A stretch of 64,000 nt of DNA from an uncultured Gammaproteobacteria bacterium (GCA_964435065.1 CAYSXS010000003.1:767-64766), one strand, 5' to 3'. Positions 20,202 to 29,777 are shown, counted from the stretch's first letter. Numbers and translations are program-made. Notes: generated from the sequence alone by a model not told the origin.

Positions 20202-21911
20202 ATGTTTAACAAAAAAATCAAAAACAAAATAAAGCTATTAAATAAGGATAAAGAGGCTTATCCTGCTTCAAGCTGGCTTAAAAAGGATAAAGAGCAAATA
20301 AAGCAGTTTATGGCAGATAACCCAGTAAGTGTAAGAAAAGAGATAAAACAAAGTCGTAATATAATAGAAAGGGTCGACTTTTCAAAATTAAATGCTCAAA
20401 AACAGCAAGAATTTGCATTTTTGGGCTTAAACTTATCTCTTATGAAAATCAAAACAATTATTGCTTCTTTTTTACTTGCCGCTATATTAATTGGCGGTGG
20501 AGCTAGCGCAGTTTCAGCTAAAAATAGCTTACCTGGTGAAGCTCTTTATCCTGTTAAATTAGCAGCAGAAAAAGTCCAATTAGTTCTTACCAGCGATAAA
20601 GGCGATGTTAAATTACACGCTAAATTTGCCAGCAAAAGAGCTTATGAACTTAAAGAATTAGTATCACAAGCAGAATTAGATTCTACATTAGTTGAAGTAG
20701 AATTAATTAGAAATACTGCTTCAAAGCTTAAAAATGAAATTGAATCTTCTGAAAAAGGTTTAACTGCATTATCTAATAAAGGTGAAGATGTAGCTGAACT
20801 TGCTTTAGAAGTTGAAGAAAAAGCTAATCAACAAGTTCAAACCTTAGAAGATGTAACATCTTTAATGTCAATTTATCAAGACAAAGAAAAACAAAGTGCT
20901 ATTGATCAAACCAAACAAGCTGTTAAACAAAGTCAAATTAATACACTTAAAATTATCAGCCAAACTGGCAAAAATGACGAGAAATATCCTGAAGCTATGA
21001 AATCTAGAGCAGAAGAAAGAATAAATGTCAGACTAGAAGAAGCTACTATTAAAATTAAAAGTGTTGTTAATGGTGGTGAAAACGCAAGTTATCCAAAAAC
21101 CACTACTAAAAACAATGAACCTATCACAATAGAGGGAAAGATAGAGCAAGTTAAGAATATTAATATTATTCTTAATGAAATAGAAAACAGCGAAACACAA
21201 GATAATAAAATTATTCCTGGCGGAGGAGGTGGTGGTTTATTTATTCCTATTGAACCAGACAATATAGAACCAATTTCCCCTTATGATAATCAGAGAATGA
21301 CTATGGAAGAAGCTGTAAAAATTGCCTGGTCTAATCCAGAATGTATTCAATACGGCCTAGAAACTGATACTGGATCATATAACTCACAAACTCATACATG
21401 GTGGTTTAATTTAAAATACAAAACCGACACCTGTGATTATGCTTGTGTAGTTTATACTTTAGAAAGACGAGCTGAAGTTTATCCAATGTGCCGAGGATTA
21501 ATTTTACCAAAAGGTGATGTTAATAAAGATGGTAAAGTGAATTCAACTGACGCGTTAATTATCATGAGCTATCTAGATGGTTTAACTAAATTAACAAAAG
21601 AACAACTTGACATAGCTGATGTTACTCAAGACAATAAAGTAACAAAACTTGATGCTGATGTAATATTAGCATTTGATGTCGGGATACTAAGTAGCTTACC
21701 TATTCTTTACGGTGATGTGGATGGGGATGGCAAAATTACAGATACTGATGCAGATCTAATTATGCAATATGATGTAAACGCAATTAATCTAAACTCTAGT
21801 CAATTATATGTAGCTGATGTGAATTTAGATGAAACAGTTAATAGTACTGATGGATTAATTATTAGTTCCTATGTTCAAGGTATTATTAATAACTTACCAC
21901 TTACATCTTAA
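20202..21911 (+). CDS. membrane-anchored DUF5667-like protein with a C-terminal tandem dockerin module
   Basis: TM helix followed by LPGEALYPVKLAAEKVQLVL (DUF5667-like, often sigma-associated), a long coiled coil and a Gly run. Dockerin repeats: GDVNKDGKVNSTDALIIMSYL and GDVDGDGKITDTDADLIMQY. Confidence 0.55.
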   Translation: MFNKKIKNKIKLLNKDKEAYPASSWLKKDKEQIKQFMADNPVSVRKEIKQSRNIIERVDFSKLNAQKQQEFAFLGLNLSLMKIKTIIASFLLAAILIGGGASAVSAKNSLPGEALYPVKLAAEKVQLVLTSDKGDVKLHAKFASKRAYELKELVSQAELDSTLVEVELIRNTASKLKNEIESSEKGLTALSNKGEDVAELALEVEEKANQQVQTLEDVTSLMSIYQDKEKQSAIDQTKQAVKQSQINTLKIISQTGKNDEKYPEAMKSRAEERINVRLEEATIKIKSVVNGGENASYPKTTTKNNEPITIEGKIEQVKNINIILNEIENSETQDNKIIPGGGGGGLFIPIEPDNIEPISPYDNQRMTMEEAVKIAWSNPECIQYGLETDTGSYNSQTHTWWFNLKYKTDTCDYACVVYTLERRAEVYPMCRGLILPKGDVNKDGKVNSTDALIIMSYLDGLTKLTKEQLDIADVTQDNKVTKLDADVILAFDVGILSSLPILYGDVDGDGKITDTDADLIMQYDVNAINLNSSQLYVADVNLDETVNSTDGLIISSYVQGIINNLPLTS

Positions 21912-21948
21912 AAAACAACTAATCTAATTTTAAAATAAAATATCAAAA

Positions 21949-21977
21949 AAACAAGGCTGATTATTTATGCCTTGTTT
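21949..21977. terminator. bidirectional intrinsic terminator between convergent genes
   Basis: AAACAAGGC-loop-GCCTTGTTT flanked by an A-run on one side and a T-run on the other. Confidence 0.6.
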
Positions 21978-21994
21978 TTAATTTGTTCCATTAT

Positions 21995-22702
21995 TTACTT
22001 TACTTCATACTTTTCTAAAGTTATTTCTTCAAACATATTATCTTGTTTAACAACAACATGTCTTTGTTTAACTAATTCCAGAACTCCTAAGAAAGAAACT
22101 ACAACTTCTGTCCTGTCTTTAGATTCTTTGATTAAATCACTAAAATTTAAATTTATACCCGATAAAATTTGATTTCTAATGTATTCGATTTTTTCTTTAA
22201 TCGAAACTGCTCGTAACATTGATTTCTTTGGTAGCGTGATTACCGGTTCAATTTCTTTTATTACTTCAAGAAATGTTTTTCTTAATTTATTGCCTTCTAA
22301 ATTCTTTGGTGGATTAAATATTACTTCAATATCTAATGGAATCTTATTCCTAACAAATAAGGCTTTCTTTTTTGCTAAAATCTCCTCTATCTTCTTTGAA
22401 GCATCATGATATTCTTTATATATCTTTAACTGTGTTTCTAACTCAATTGCTTCACTTTCATCTTCAATATGTAAATTAGGTAAAAGGATTCTTGATTTGA
22501 TTAATAGCAATCTAGAAGCTACAACCAAAAAATCTGCTAATTCATCTGGATTCTTATCTTCAATAGTAGCCAAATATTTCATAAATTGATCAGCTACTTC
22601 TGATAAGGCTACTTCTGTGATATCTAAATCAGCTGATTCAATCAGCTGTAAAAGCAGGTCTAAAGGACCTTCAAATTTCTCTAATTTAAATTTATATGAC
22701 AT
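21995..22702 (-). CDS. scpA: segregation and condensation protein A
   Basis: FEGPLDLLLQLIESADLDITEVALSEVADQF kleisin N-terminus. Confidence 0.8.
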   Translation of the reverse strand: MSYKFKLEKFEGPLDLLLQLIESADLDITEVALSEVADQFMKYLATIEDKNPDELADFLVVASRLLLIKSRILLPNLHIEDESEAIELETQLKIYKEYHDASKKIEEILAKKKALFVRNKIPLDIEVIFNPPKNLEGNKLRKTFLEVIKEIEPVITLPKKSMLRAVSIKEKIEYIRNQILSGINLNFSDLIKESKDRTEVVVSFLGVLELVKQRHVVVKQDNMFEEITLEKYEVK

Positions 22703-22704
22703 TT

Positions 22705-23280
22705 TTATTTTTTCTTTTTAGTCTGCTTTTTCTTGGCTGGTTTAGCTTTTTTGGCCGGTTTCTTTTTTACAACTGATTTTTTAATCTTCTTAGCTACTGA
22801 GAATAAACCAACTTGTGATTCCTCTAGTTTAACAAAATCAGCAACTTTCATTTTTACACTTTGAACAAAGCTTCCACCAGAAAAAACAACTGAACCTTTT
22901 AGGCTTTTATCAACAAAAACAGGTGTTTTATACATTGATCCAAAAGCAGCCATAGCTCCTGGTTTAACTTTAAATTGAGATTTCATTACTCCTTCTTTAG
23001 GAATATCTACTTTAGTTATTCTAACTTCTTTAGTAGTCATTGCTTTAGCTAACTTCTTTAAATCCATGTTCTTATCTGCAGGAACTATAGCTATAGCATA
23101 AGGTTTTTTACCATGCTCTAATGGTTTATTAGTCTTAACTAACAAACTCTTAGCAATTTGATTTAATTTAACGTGCATTGTTTGGGCAGCATCATATGCG
23201 GTGTAAACAGTTCTATGATCTATTACTTCATATGCCTTGCCACTTTCTTCTAAGATTTTGACCAGTTTTTTTGAAATCAT
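22705..23280 (-). CDS. YbaK/ProX-type aminoacyl-tRNA deacylase with a C-terminal polylysine tail
   Basis: YbaK-like core including VFSGGS; C-terminus KKKPAKKAKPAKKKQTKKKK. Confidence 0.6.
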   Translation of the reverse strand: MISKKLVKILEESGKAYEVIDHRTVYTAYDAAQTMHVKLNQIAKSLLVKTNKPLEHGKKPYAIAIVPADKNMDLKKLAKAMTTKEVRITKVDIPKEGVMKSQFKVKPGAMAAFGSMYKTPVFVDKSLKGSVVFSGGSFVQSVKMKVADFVKLEESQVGLFSVAKKIKKSVVKKKPAKKAKPAKKKQTKKKK

Positions 23281-23284
23281 ATAT

Positions 23285-23599
23285 TTATTTTTTCTTTTTA
23301 AATTTAATTTTTAATTGTTCTCCTAATAACATTTTAGCTTGTTTTTTACCTTGTCTAGTCAACTTGATGTCTTTAATAAACCACTTGTATTTAGTTCTTT
23401 CTCCAAAACCCACTAACATATCTTTATCTATTAATCTCTCTATGCTTTTAGTAATTATTTTAGTTACCATTTCAGGTTTAGGTTTTTTCTTTTGAGTTTC
23501 GTAAAATCGATTTAAACGTAAACGTGAAATACGTCCTGTTTTTGATTCAAGACATTGTAGAATGATAAATTTTTGTAAATGCGATAAACGCATAATCAA
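23285..23599 (-). CDS. hypothetical small basic protein
   Basis: 104 aa, lysine-rich; possibly a winged-helix fold; no diagnostic motif. Confidence 0.3.
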   Translation of the reverse strand: MIMRLSHLQKFIILQCLESKTGRISRLRLNRFYETQKKKPKPEMVTKIITKSIERLIDKDMLVGFGERTKYKWFIKDIKLTRQGKKQAKMLLGEQLKIKFKKKK

Positions 23600-23623
23600 T
23601 ATCTAATTGATGTTCTTATTATA

Positions 23624-25051
23624 TCATTTTTTAATTTCTATCCCCAATTCATCCAGTTGTTCTTGAGAAACTTCAGATGGTGAATCCATCATTGGATCTC
23701 TAGCATCTGAAGTTAAAGGAAATGCTATTACCTCTCGAATTGAATCTTCTGATTGCAAAATAGATAAAAGCCTATCAAATCCAGACGCAATACCACCGTG
23801 AGGAGGAACTCCATATTTAAAAGCTGTAAGAAAATGGTTGAATTCTTGTTTTTTCTTTTCATCAAAACCAATTAACTCAAAAACTTTTTCTTGTACTTTT
23901 GCATCATATATTCTAAGTGCACCACCAGCCACCTCAAAACCATTCAAAGCTAAATCGTGTTGGTATGATTTTACCTTTCCAGGATCTTTGTCTAATAGTT
24001 CTAAATCCTCTTCTTTAGGACGAGAAAACATGTTATGTGATGGGGCCCAAGCTCCTTGTGAACCATGGAAGTGTTCTTCTGAACCTTTGTCCTCTGCTTG
24101 TTTTTCAAATAATGGGAAGTTAATAATGAAGGCAAAGGCTAACTCATCTTTATCTTCTTTGTTCTTTCTTAAATCAGGTTTATCTGTACCATATTTATCC
24201 ATTACTTCTTGCCAATCAAGTCTTGGCCATTTATCAAAAGTCATTTTTTTGTTTGGCCACAGTTCTTTAATCATTTTAGTAAACATTTCTTCAACCAATT
24301 CTAAAATTTCATCCTGGTCCATAAAACTCATTTCCATGTCTACTTGATAAAATTCTCCTGGACTCCTGTCTGCCCTAGCGTCTTCGTCACGAAAACATGG
24401 AGCGATCTGAAAATATTTTTCCATCCCTGCCACTTGCAACAACTGCTTATACTGTTGAGGGGCTTGTGGTAATGCAAAAAACTTACCAGGAAACTTTCTA
24501 GAAGGTACTAAATAGTCACGTGCACCTTCGGGAGTAGATTTTGATAAAATTGGAGTATGCATTTCAATGAATTTCTGATCGTGTAAATATTGTCGTAAAA
24601 ACTGCATCATATTTGAACGCATCTCCATATTTTTCTTCATCCTATCGTGTCGCAAGTCCAAATATCTATGTTTCAACCTCAACTCCTCACCTGCTTGTCT
24701 ATCTTCATTTTCAATTTCAAATGGTGGAGTTTCAGATTTAGATAAGATATTAATTTTCTTAGCTAAAATTTCAACTGTACCAGTTACCATTTCTTTATTA
24801 ACTTGCTTCTCACTTCTTTCTTGTACAATACCTTCAATTTCTAAAACAAACTCCGGACGAATTTCATTTAAAATTTCCACGGATTCTTTGTCTAATTCAT
24901 CTGGTACACAAACTATTTGTGTAATGCCCCATCTATCACGTAAATCTAAAAATGCTATCTTGCCCATATTTCTACGAACATGAACCCAGCCGTTCAATTT
25001 AACAGTTTCACCTACTTTTTTAATTGTTTCCGTTGATATTGTTCTATTCAT
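23624..25051 (-). CDS. aspS: aspartyl-tRNA synthetase, bacterial type but lacking the GAD insertion domain
   Basis: FRDEDARADRSPGEFYQVDMEMSF (motif 2) and PPHGGIASGFDRLLSIL...IREVIAFP (motif 3). Confidence 0.85.
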   Translation of the reverse strand: MNRTISTETIKKVGETVKLNGWVHVRRNMGKIAFLDLRDRWGITQIVCVPDELDKESVEILNEIRPEFVLEIEGIVQERSEKQVNKEMVTGTVEILAKKINILSKSETPPFEIENEDRQAGEELRLKHRYLDLRHDRMKKNMEMRSNMMQFLRQYLHDQKFIEMHTPILSKSTPEGARDYLVPSRKFPGKFFALPQAPQQYKQLLQVAGMEKYFQIAPCFRDEDARADRSPGEFYQVDMEMSFMDQDEILELVEEMFTKMIKELWPNKKMTFDKWPRLDWQEVMDKYGTDKPDLRKNKEDKDELAFAFIINFPLFEKQAEDKGSEEHFHGSQGAWAPSHNMFSRPKEEDLELLDKDPGKVKSYQHDLALNGFEVAGGALRIYDAKVQEKVFELIGFDEKKKQEFNHFLTAFKYGVPPHGGIASGFDRLLSILQSEDSIREVIAFPLTSDARDPMMDSPSEVSQEQLDELGIEIKK

Positions 25052-25114
25052 ATGATTAAAAACTAATTTATTTAGTTTAATTGTATCATTTTAAACTTTA
25101 AAAAACAAACAAAT

Positions 25115-25143
25115 AAGACTGCTAATTAATCATTAGCAGTCTT
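25115..25143 (-). terminator. intrinsic terminator after the 64-aa ORF and upstream of aspS
   Basis: AAGACTGCTAAT-loop-ATTAGCAGTCTT followed by a T-rich tract on the minus strand. Confidence 0.55.
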
Positions 25144-25160
25144 ATCTCTTTATCTAAATT

Positions 25161-25355
25161 TTATTCCTTTTCTGTTTTTTCATCTACTTCTTCTTTTCGA
25201 TCTTCAACTTTCTCTTCTTTTTCAACTTCTTTTTCGTCTGTCTTGTTTTCTTCTGGTTTATTAAAAAAATCTTTTGTTACTTCGCTAACACGATGATGAC
25301 GTTCACGTTGTGGTGATCTTCCAAATGGTCTTGATGTTCCTCTATTAAATGCCAT
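25161..25355 (-). CDS. hypothetical 64-aa protein with a basic N-terminus and acidic/lysine C-terminus
   Basis: ORF only; it has its own terminator but a weak RBS. Confidence 0.3.
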   Translation of the reverse strand: MAFNRGTSRPFGRSPQRERHHRVSEVTKDFFNKPEENKTDEKEVEKEEKVEDRKEEVDEKTEKE

Positions 25356-25488
25356 ATATTTTTATTCCAAATACTTGAAATTAATTATTAAATAAGTAAT
25401 TTAAAACCGACCTTTAATAACTATTTGTTGAGAACTTTATAACTATTTTAAATATATAATGCCTTGAAAAATAAAGCAATAATTAAAT

Positions 25489-25575
25489 TTAAGGCCTAAT
25501 TCTATTTATCATCCTTGGAAAAGGTATAGTTTCTCCTACTTTTTTAATTGTTTCTCTTGATACTGTTCTATTCAT
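25489..25575 (-). pseudogene. chimeric 28-codon remnant joining the aspS 5' end to the asnS 3' end
   Basis: Translates to MNRTVSRETIKKVGET|IPFPRMINRIRP*. The first 16 codons are about 90% nt-identical to the aspS start (25004-25051). The last 12 codons are about 92% identical to the asnS end (26573-26615). The junction falls at a shared GAAAC. Confidence 0.5.
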
Positions 25576-25580
25576 ATATT

Positions 25581-25928
25581 TTAAATTATACTAAAAATTA
25601 TTAAAACACAAAAATAAATAAGTTCCGTTATTTGTACAAAACGATGTGAAATATGATTAGAAATGAATCTCTTAGTATAGAATGCCAAAAACTCTTTCCT
25701 ATAAACCCAATGAAAATTATGTTTTTTTCTAAAATAATTTTCCAGTTTCAAAAAAGGACAATCTCGAAAAATAACCCAACTCAAAATATTTAATGCAACC
25801 AAATTTAATGCCACTATTTTATATCCATCAAAAATAATTACCAAAGGCAAACTAATCACCATTAATACAACCCATAGCCAATGTATTATAAATGTTAAAT
25901 TTGCTAATTTTTTGTATTTATCTTTCAT
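25581..25928 (-). CDS. hypothetical membrane protein
   Basis: 115 aa with 3 TM helices. Confidence 0.35.
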   Translation of the reverse strand: MKDKYKKLANLTFIIHWLWVVLMVISLPLVIIFDGYKIVALNLVALNILSWVIFRDCPFLKLENYFRKKHNFHWVYRKEFLAFYTKRFISNHISHRFVQITELIYFCVLIIFSII

Positions 25929-25967
25929 TTTTTTTGATTAATAATTATATATCAAATTACTTTTAAT

Positions 25968-26555
25968 TTATCCGCCAACCACAACTTTTGTTTTTATTAT
26001 TATATTTTTATATTTTAAACCTTTTCTCTCCACTCTCAAAATTGTTCTTTTTTTATCAGGATCAATTCCTTCATATGTTATCTCATGCAAATCATTGTCC
26101 ATTCCATCACCAACTTTTGTATCTATAAATGAAATTCCAAAAACCTCGGCTAATTTCTCTCCATCTAGCTTATATTTTAACTGAGAGGTGCTCATTCTTA
26201 TAATTGGCAAAATTCTGTTTTCAACAAAGCTACCAATTTCCCCTTGAGAAACATTCTCACTATCTTTTATAATATCACTTATTATTTTAATTGTTTTACC
26301 TAAAACCCCTGATACTTCTTGATATGTATCTGGGTTATCTGCCCACTTATTTAATATTTGTAAAGCTTCGTTATATTCACTTGGAATGCTCTCATGACTA
26401 TCAATATCTTTTTCTTCCAATTTATTTGTAATATAACTTTGCAAATGTTTAAGTTCAGAAATACTTAAAGTATCTATTCCTTTTTTTAGATTATCAAGTT
26501 CGTTGCTATTTTCTTGATAATCTTGTTTAAATTGTTTATCTGGGTTAAAATTCAT
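25968..26555 (-). CDS. hypothetical protein
   Basis: 195 aa, soluble, no motif recognised. Confidence 0.35.
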   Translation of the reverse strand: MNFNPDKQFKQDYQENSNELDNLKKGIDTLSISELKHLQSYITNKLEEKDIDSHESIPSEYNEALQILNKWADNPDTYQEVSGVLGKTIKIISDIIKDSENVSQGEIGSFVENRILPIIRMSTSQLKYKLDGEKLAEVFGISFIDTKVGDGMDNDLHEITYEGIDPDKKRTILRVERKGLKYKNIIIKTKVVVGG

Positions 26556-26572
26556 ATTTTAATTGTTAATTT

Positions 26573-27859
26573 TTATGGTCTAATTCTATTAATCATCCTT
26601 GGAAAAGGGATGGTTTCGCGAATATGATGAATGCCTGTAATCCAACCAGTTAATCTTTCAAGCCCATAACCAAATCCTGAATGTGGCACTGATCCATATT
26701 TTCTCAAATCTAAATACCACCCAAAATCCTTTATATTTAATTTTTCTTGAATAATTCTTTCTTTTAAAATATTATAATCATCTTCCCTTTGAGATCCGCC
26801 AATTATTTCTCCATATCCTTCAGTAGCAATTAAATCAGAGCCTAATACTAAATTATCATTTTCTTTATCTCGTTTCATATAAAATGCTTTAATATCTTTT
26901 GGCCATTTTTCAACAAAAATTGGCACATCAGAATCTTGAGTTAATAAAGTTTCATCTTCAGCACCTAAATCATCTTTTTCAGTAATTTTTGAACCTAAAG
27001 CTTGTAATTTTTTTATAGCTTCTGTATGTGTAATTCTACCAAATGGTGCTTTTATTTTTTCCAATTTTGAGATATTTCTTTCTAATATCTCCAGCTCTGC
27101 TTTTCTATTTTTTATAACCTTAGCCACGATATATGAAATAAGGTTTTCCTGTATTTTCATATTACATTCATGGTCGCAAAACGCTGTTTCTGCATCCATC
27201 ATCCAAAACTCTGTTAAATGCCTTCTTGTTTTAGATTTTTCTGCTCTAAATGTTGGACCAAAATCAAATACCCTGCCATGTGCCATAATAGCCGCCTCAA
27301 TATATAACTGTCCTGATTGAGACAAATATGCTTTACCTAAATCAAAATATTCCACACCAAAAAGCGTTGTTGTTCCTTCACAAGCATTAGGGGTTAAAAT
27401 CGGCGAATCAATTTTAATATAATTATTTTCATGAAAAAAATCATAAGTCGCTGAAATTATCTCATCCCTCACCTGCTGAATTGCCCACTGTTTTTTACTT
27501 CGCAACCATAAATGACGATTATCTAATAAGAATTCTGGCCCATGTTCTTTTTTTGAAATTGGATATTCTTCTGCAATCTGATAAATCTTAAAATCTTTAA
27601 CTTGCAACTCAAAAACACCTGGTTGTTTTGGGTGTTCAACAACTAATCCAGTCATCTCAATCGATGTTTCAATTGTAATTTTCTGAGCTTGTCTCCACTT
27701 TTCTTCACCAACATCATCTTTACTTAAAATACATTGAACAAATCCTGTTCCATCTCGTAACTGAAGAAACATAATTTTACCAGATGATCGTAAATTATAT
27801 ATCCAACCTTTTAAGGTTGTTTCTTTATCTTTAAATTCTTGTAGGTTTTTTATATACAT
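26573..27859 (-). CDS. asnS: asparaginyl-tRNA synthetase
   Basis: FRAEKSKTRRHLTEFWMMDAE (AsnRS-type motif 2) and GSQRE...PHSGFGYGLERL...IRETIPFPR. Confidence 0.8.
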   Translation of the reverse strand: MYIKNLQEFKDKETTLKGWIYNLRSSGKIMFLQLRDGTGFVQCILSKDDVGEEKWRQAQKITIETSIEMTGLVVEHPKQPGVFELQVKDFKIYQIAEEYPISKKEHGPEFLLDNRHLWLRSKKQWAIQQVRDEIISATYDFFHENNYIKIDSPILTPNACEGTTTLFGVEYFDLGKAYLSQSGQLYIEAAIMAHGRVFDFGPTFRAEKSKTRRHLTEFWMMDAETAFCDHECNMKIQENLISYIVAKVIKNRKAELEILERNISKLEKIKAPFGRITHTEAIKKLQALGSKITEKDDLGAEDETLLTQDSDVPIFVEKWPKDIKAFYMKRDKENDNLVLGSDLIATEGYGEIIGGSQREDDYNILKERIIQEKLNIKDFGWYLDLRKYGSVPHSGFGYGLERLTGWITGIHHIRETIPFPRMINRIRP

Positions 27860-27873
27860 AAATTAAATAATTA

Positions 27874-28311
27874 TCACTGTTTAAATATAATTAACACCAG
27901 CCAAACAAATACGACCATTAAAACAAAACCAAAAAACAAAATAAATACGGGTTTAAAAAATTTAAAGAGTGAATTAAAAACAATACCTATCTTTTTCCAC
28001 ACACCTTGGTTTCTTCCTCGTCTATCAATCTCGTCTGTAATATATACCAATAATGGTTTTTTGATATCGTCCTTACCTTTTTGTTTTTTAAAACTCTGTG
28101 CACCATTATCTACATAAAATGATTTAGTTTTTCCTTTTGGTTTTTTAAAAGAAATATATATACTAAATATAGCAACTAATATAAGTATTACTTTTACATA
28201 CCACGGGGAAACAATATAATATTCTTTTACTTCGATACTACGCCCATAAGAAAGGGCATATATTCCTAATAAAATTAGTACGTCTAGTACCCAAATAATT
28301 CTTTTGAACAT
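27874..28311 (-). CDS. hypothetical membrane protein
   Basis: 145 aa with TM helices at the N- and C-termini. Confidence 0.35.
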   Translation of the reverse strand: MFKRIIWVLDVLILLGIYALSYGRSIEVKEYYIVSPWYVKVILILVAIFSIYISFKKPKGKTKSFYVDNGAQSFKKQKGKDDIKKPLLVYITDEIDRRGRNQGVWKKIGIVFNSLFKFFKPVFILFFGFVLMVVFVWLVLIIFKQ

Positions 28312-28354
28312 AAGATTTTTAATTTAATTATGGAAAAGTATTTTTTAATAATTT

Positions 28355-28564
28355 TTATTTTTTTATTTTAACATCTTTTTTACTTCTAATTTTTTTATAA
28401 ACAAATTCCATACAAATTTTTGTTTTATTATTGCAATAATTACAAACAAAAATATTTTCAAATTGATCATTAAACGGCGCTTTATCACCAAAACTTTCAT
28501 CATCATTTTTAGTGATTTTCCTGCACCAAGCACATTTTTGTTTTAAATAATAATAATCAGACAT
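28355..28564 (-). CDS. small zinc-ribbon protein
   Basis: Two CxxC pairs (CAWC ... CNYC). Confidence 0.35.
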   Translation of the reverse strand: MSDYYYLKQKCAWCRKITKNDDESFGDKAPFNDQFENIFVCNYCNNKTKICMEFVYKKIRSKKDVKIKK

Positions 28565-28663
28565 GTTATTTAAATCTATAAATTTTTTATTACCTTATTG
28601 CTCTATTACTTTATTACCTCGTGATTTTCCACGGAATCCTTTGTCGTAACTCCTCAGGACGGG

Positions 28664-29770
28664 CTAAATAATCTTTTTCTGATATTCAACACTCGTAGGA
28701 TAAGCAAATTCTATACCCTCTTTTTTAAATATTTCAAATATTTTTAAATTAATTTCTTGGAGCACGTCTAAATATTCTACATAATCTTGGGAATTGACAT
28801 AAAAAGCAACTTCAAAATTTAAACTAAAATCCCCAAAAGACTTAAAGTGACATCTATCAAATTCTGCTATTTTATTCTGCATTACAATAGCTTCAACTAA
28901 CCTAGGGATATTCTCTAACTTTTGCTTTTCTGTTTCATAGATAACCCCTAAAGTAAATAAAGCTCTTCTTTTTTCTAATCTTTTAAAATTCTGTACTCTA
29001 GTTTCTGTGAGTTCCTTATTACTCACAATCAATTGCTGCCCGTCAGGTGTACGAATTCGAGTAGTCTTAATACCAATTTTTTCTACTTCACCAATATCCT
29101 CTCCAATTTTAATAAAATCACCAACCTGAAACGGTTTATCGATAATGATTGAAAAAGAAGCAAATATATCACCTAATACATTTTGTAAAGCTAAAGCAAC
29201 AGCAATACCGCCAATTCCTAAACCAGCAATTAAAGAAGTAACATCAACCCCTAAATTTCCTAAAATTAATATCAACCCTAGAGACCACAAGATTATTTTA
29301 ATAATAACACTCAAAGTTCTAATAGCTGATTTATTGGCTTCTTCATCTTCTTTTCCACTTTTTAACATTGCTTTGTAAACCACATATTCAATAATCTTCT
29401 GTAAGGCTGAAATGGCTTCGTACACTAAAACTAATAGGAATATGGCTGAAATAACCTTTTCTAATATATCGGGCAACACAAGCGAACGTACGCCCAAATA
29501 CAGAGCTATTAGAAAATATATAGGCGGTTTAATGTTAGATATAATCTCAACAATTGTATCATCAAAATCTGTTTTACTTCTTCCGGCCAGCTTCTTTAAT
29601 CTACCAACAATAATAGTTTTAAATATCTTTAAAACAGCTAAAATCCCTATAAAAATCAAAACAGCTAGTAAATATTCTTTACCAGTATTGCTATAATACA
29701 TATTAGATAAAAAGTCTTGAAACATATATTTTATTACCTTTATTGTACAATTCCTTAAGCTTTTAGTCAA
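28664..29770 (-). CDS. MscS-family mechanosensitive channel
   Basis: TM3 and beta-domain signature GLGIGGIAVALALQNVLGDIFASFSIIIDKPFQVGDFIKIG. Confidence 0.8.
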   Translation of the reverse strand: MTKSLRNCTIKVIKYMFQDFLSNMYYSNTGKEYLLAVLIFIGILAVLKIFKTIIVGRLKKLAGRSKTDFDDTIVEIISNIKPPIYFLIALYLGVRSLVLPDILEKVISAIFLLVLVYEAISALQKIIEYVVYKAMLKSGKEDEEANKSAIRTLSVIIKIILWSLGLILILGNLGVDVTSLIAGLGIGGIAVALALQNVLGDIFASFSIIIDKPFQVGDFIKIGEDIGEVEKIGIKTTRIRTPDGQQLIVSNKELTETRVQNFKRLEKRRALFTLGVIYETEKQKLENIPRLVEAIVMQNKIAEFDRCHFKSFGDFSLNFEVAFYVNSQDYVEYLDVLQEINLKIFEIFKKEGIEFAYPTSVEYQKKII

Positions 29771-29777
29771 AAACTAA

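Noticed and set aside
5904-21260. Runs of GGGGG-encoding codons (poly-Gly in AI-2E transporter at about 5930 and in the dockerin protein at about 21220) were checked as possible slippery or frameshift sites or assembly homopolymer errors.
   Set aside because: Reading frames are continuous with sensible protein context on both sides; there is no evidence of a frameshift.
28565-28663. GC-richer intergenic segment (CCTCGTGATTTTCCACGGAATCCTTTGTCGTAACTCCTCAGGACGGGC) between mscS and the zinc-ribbon gene was considered as a small RNA.
   Set aside because: No convincing stem-loops, promoter or terminator could be identified by eye; it is insufficient to call.
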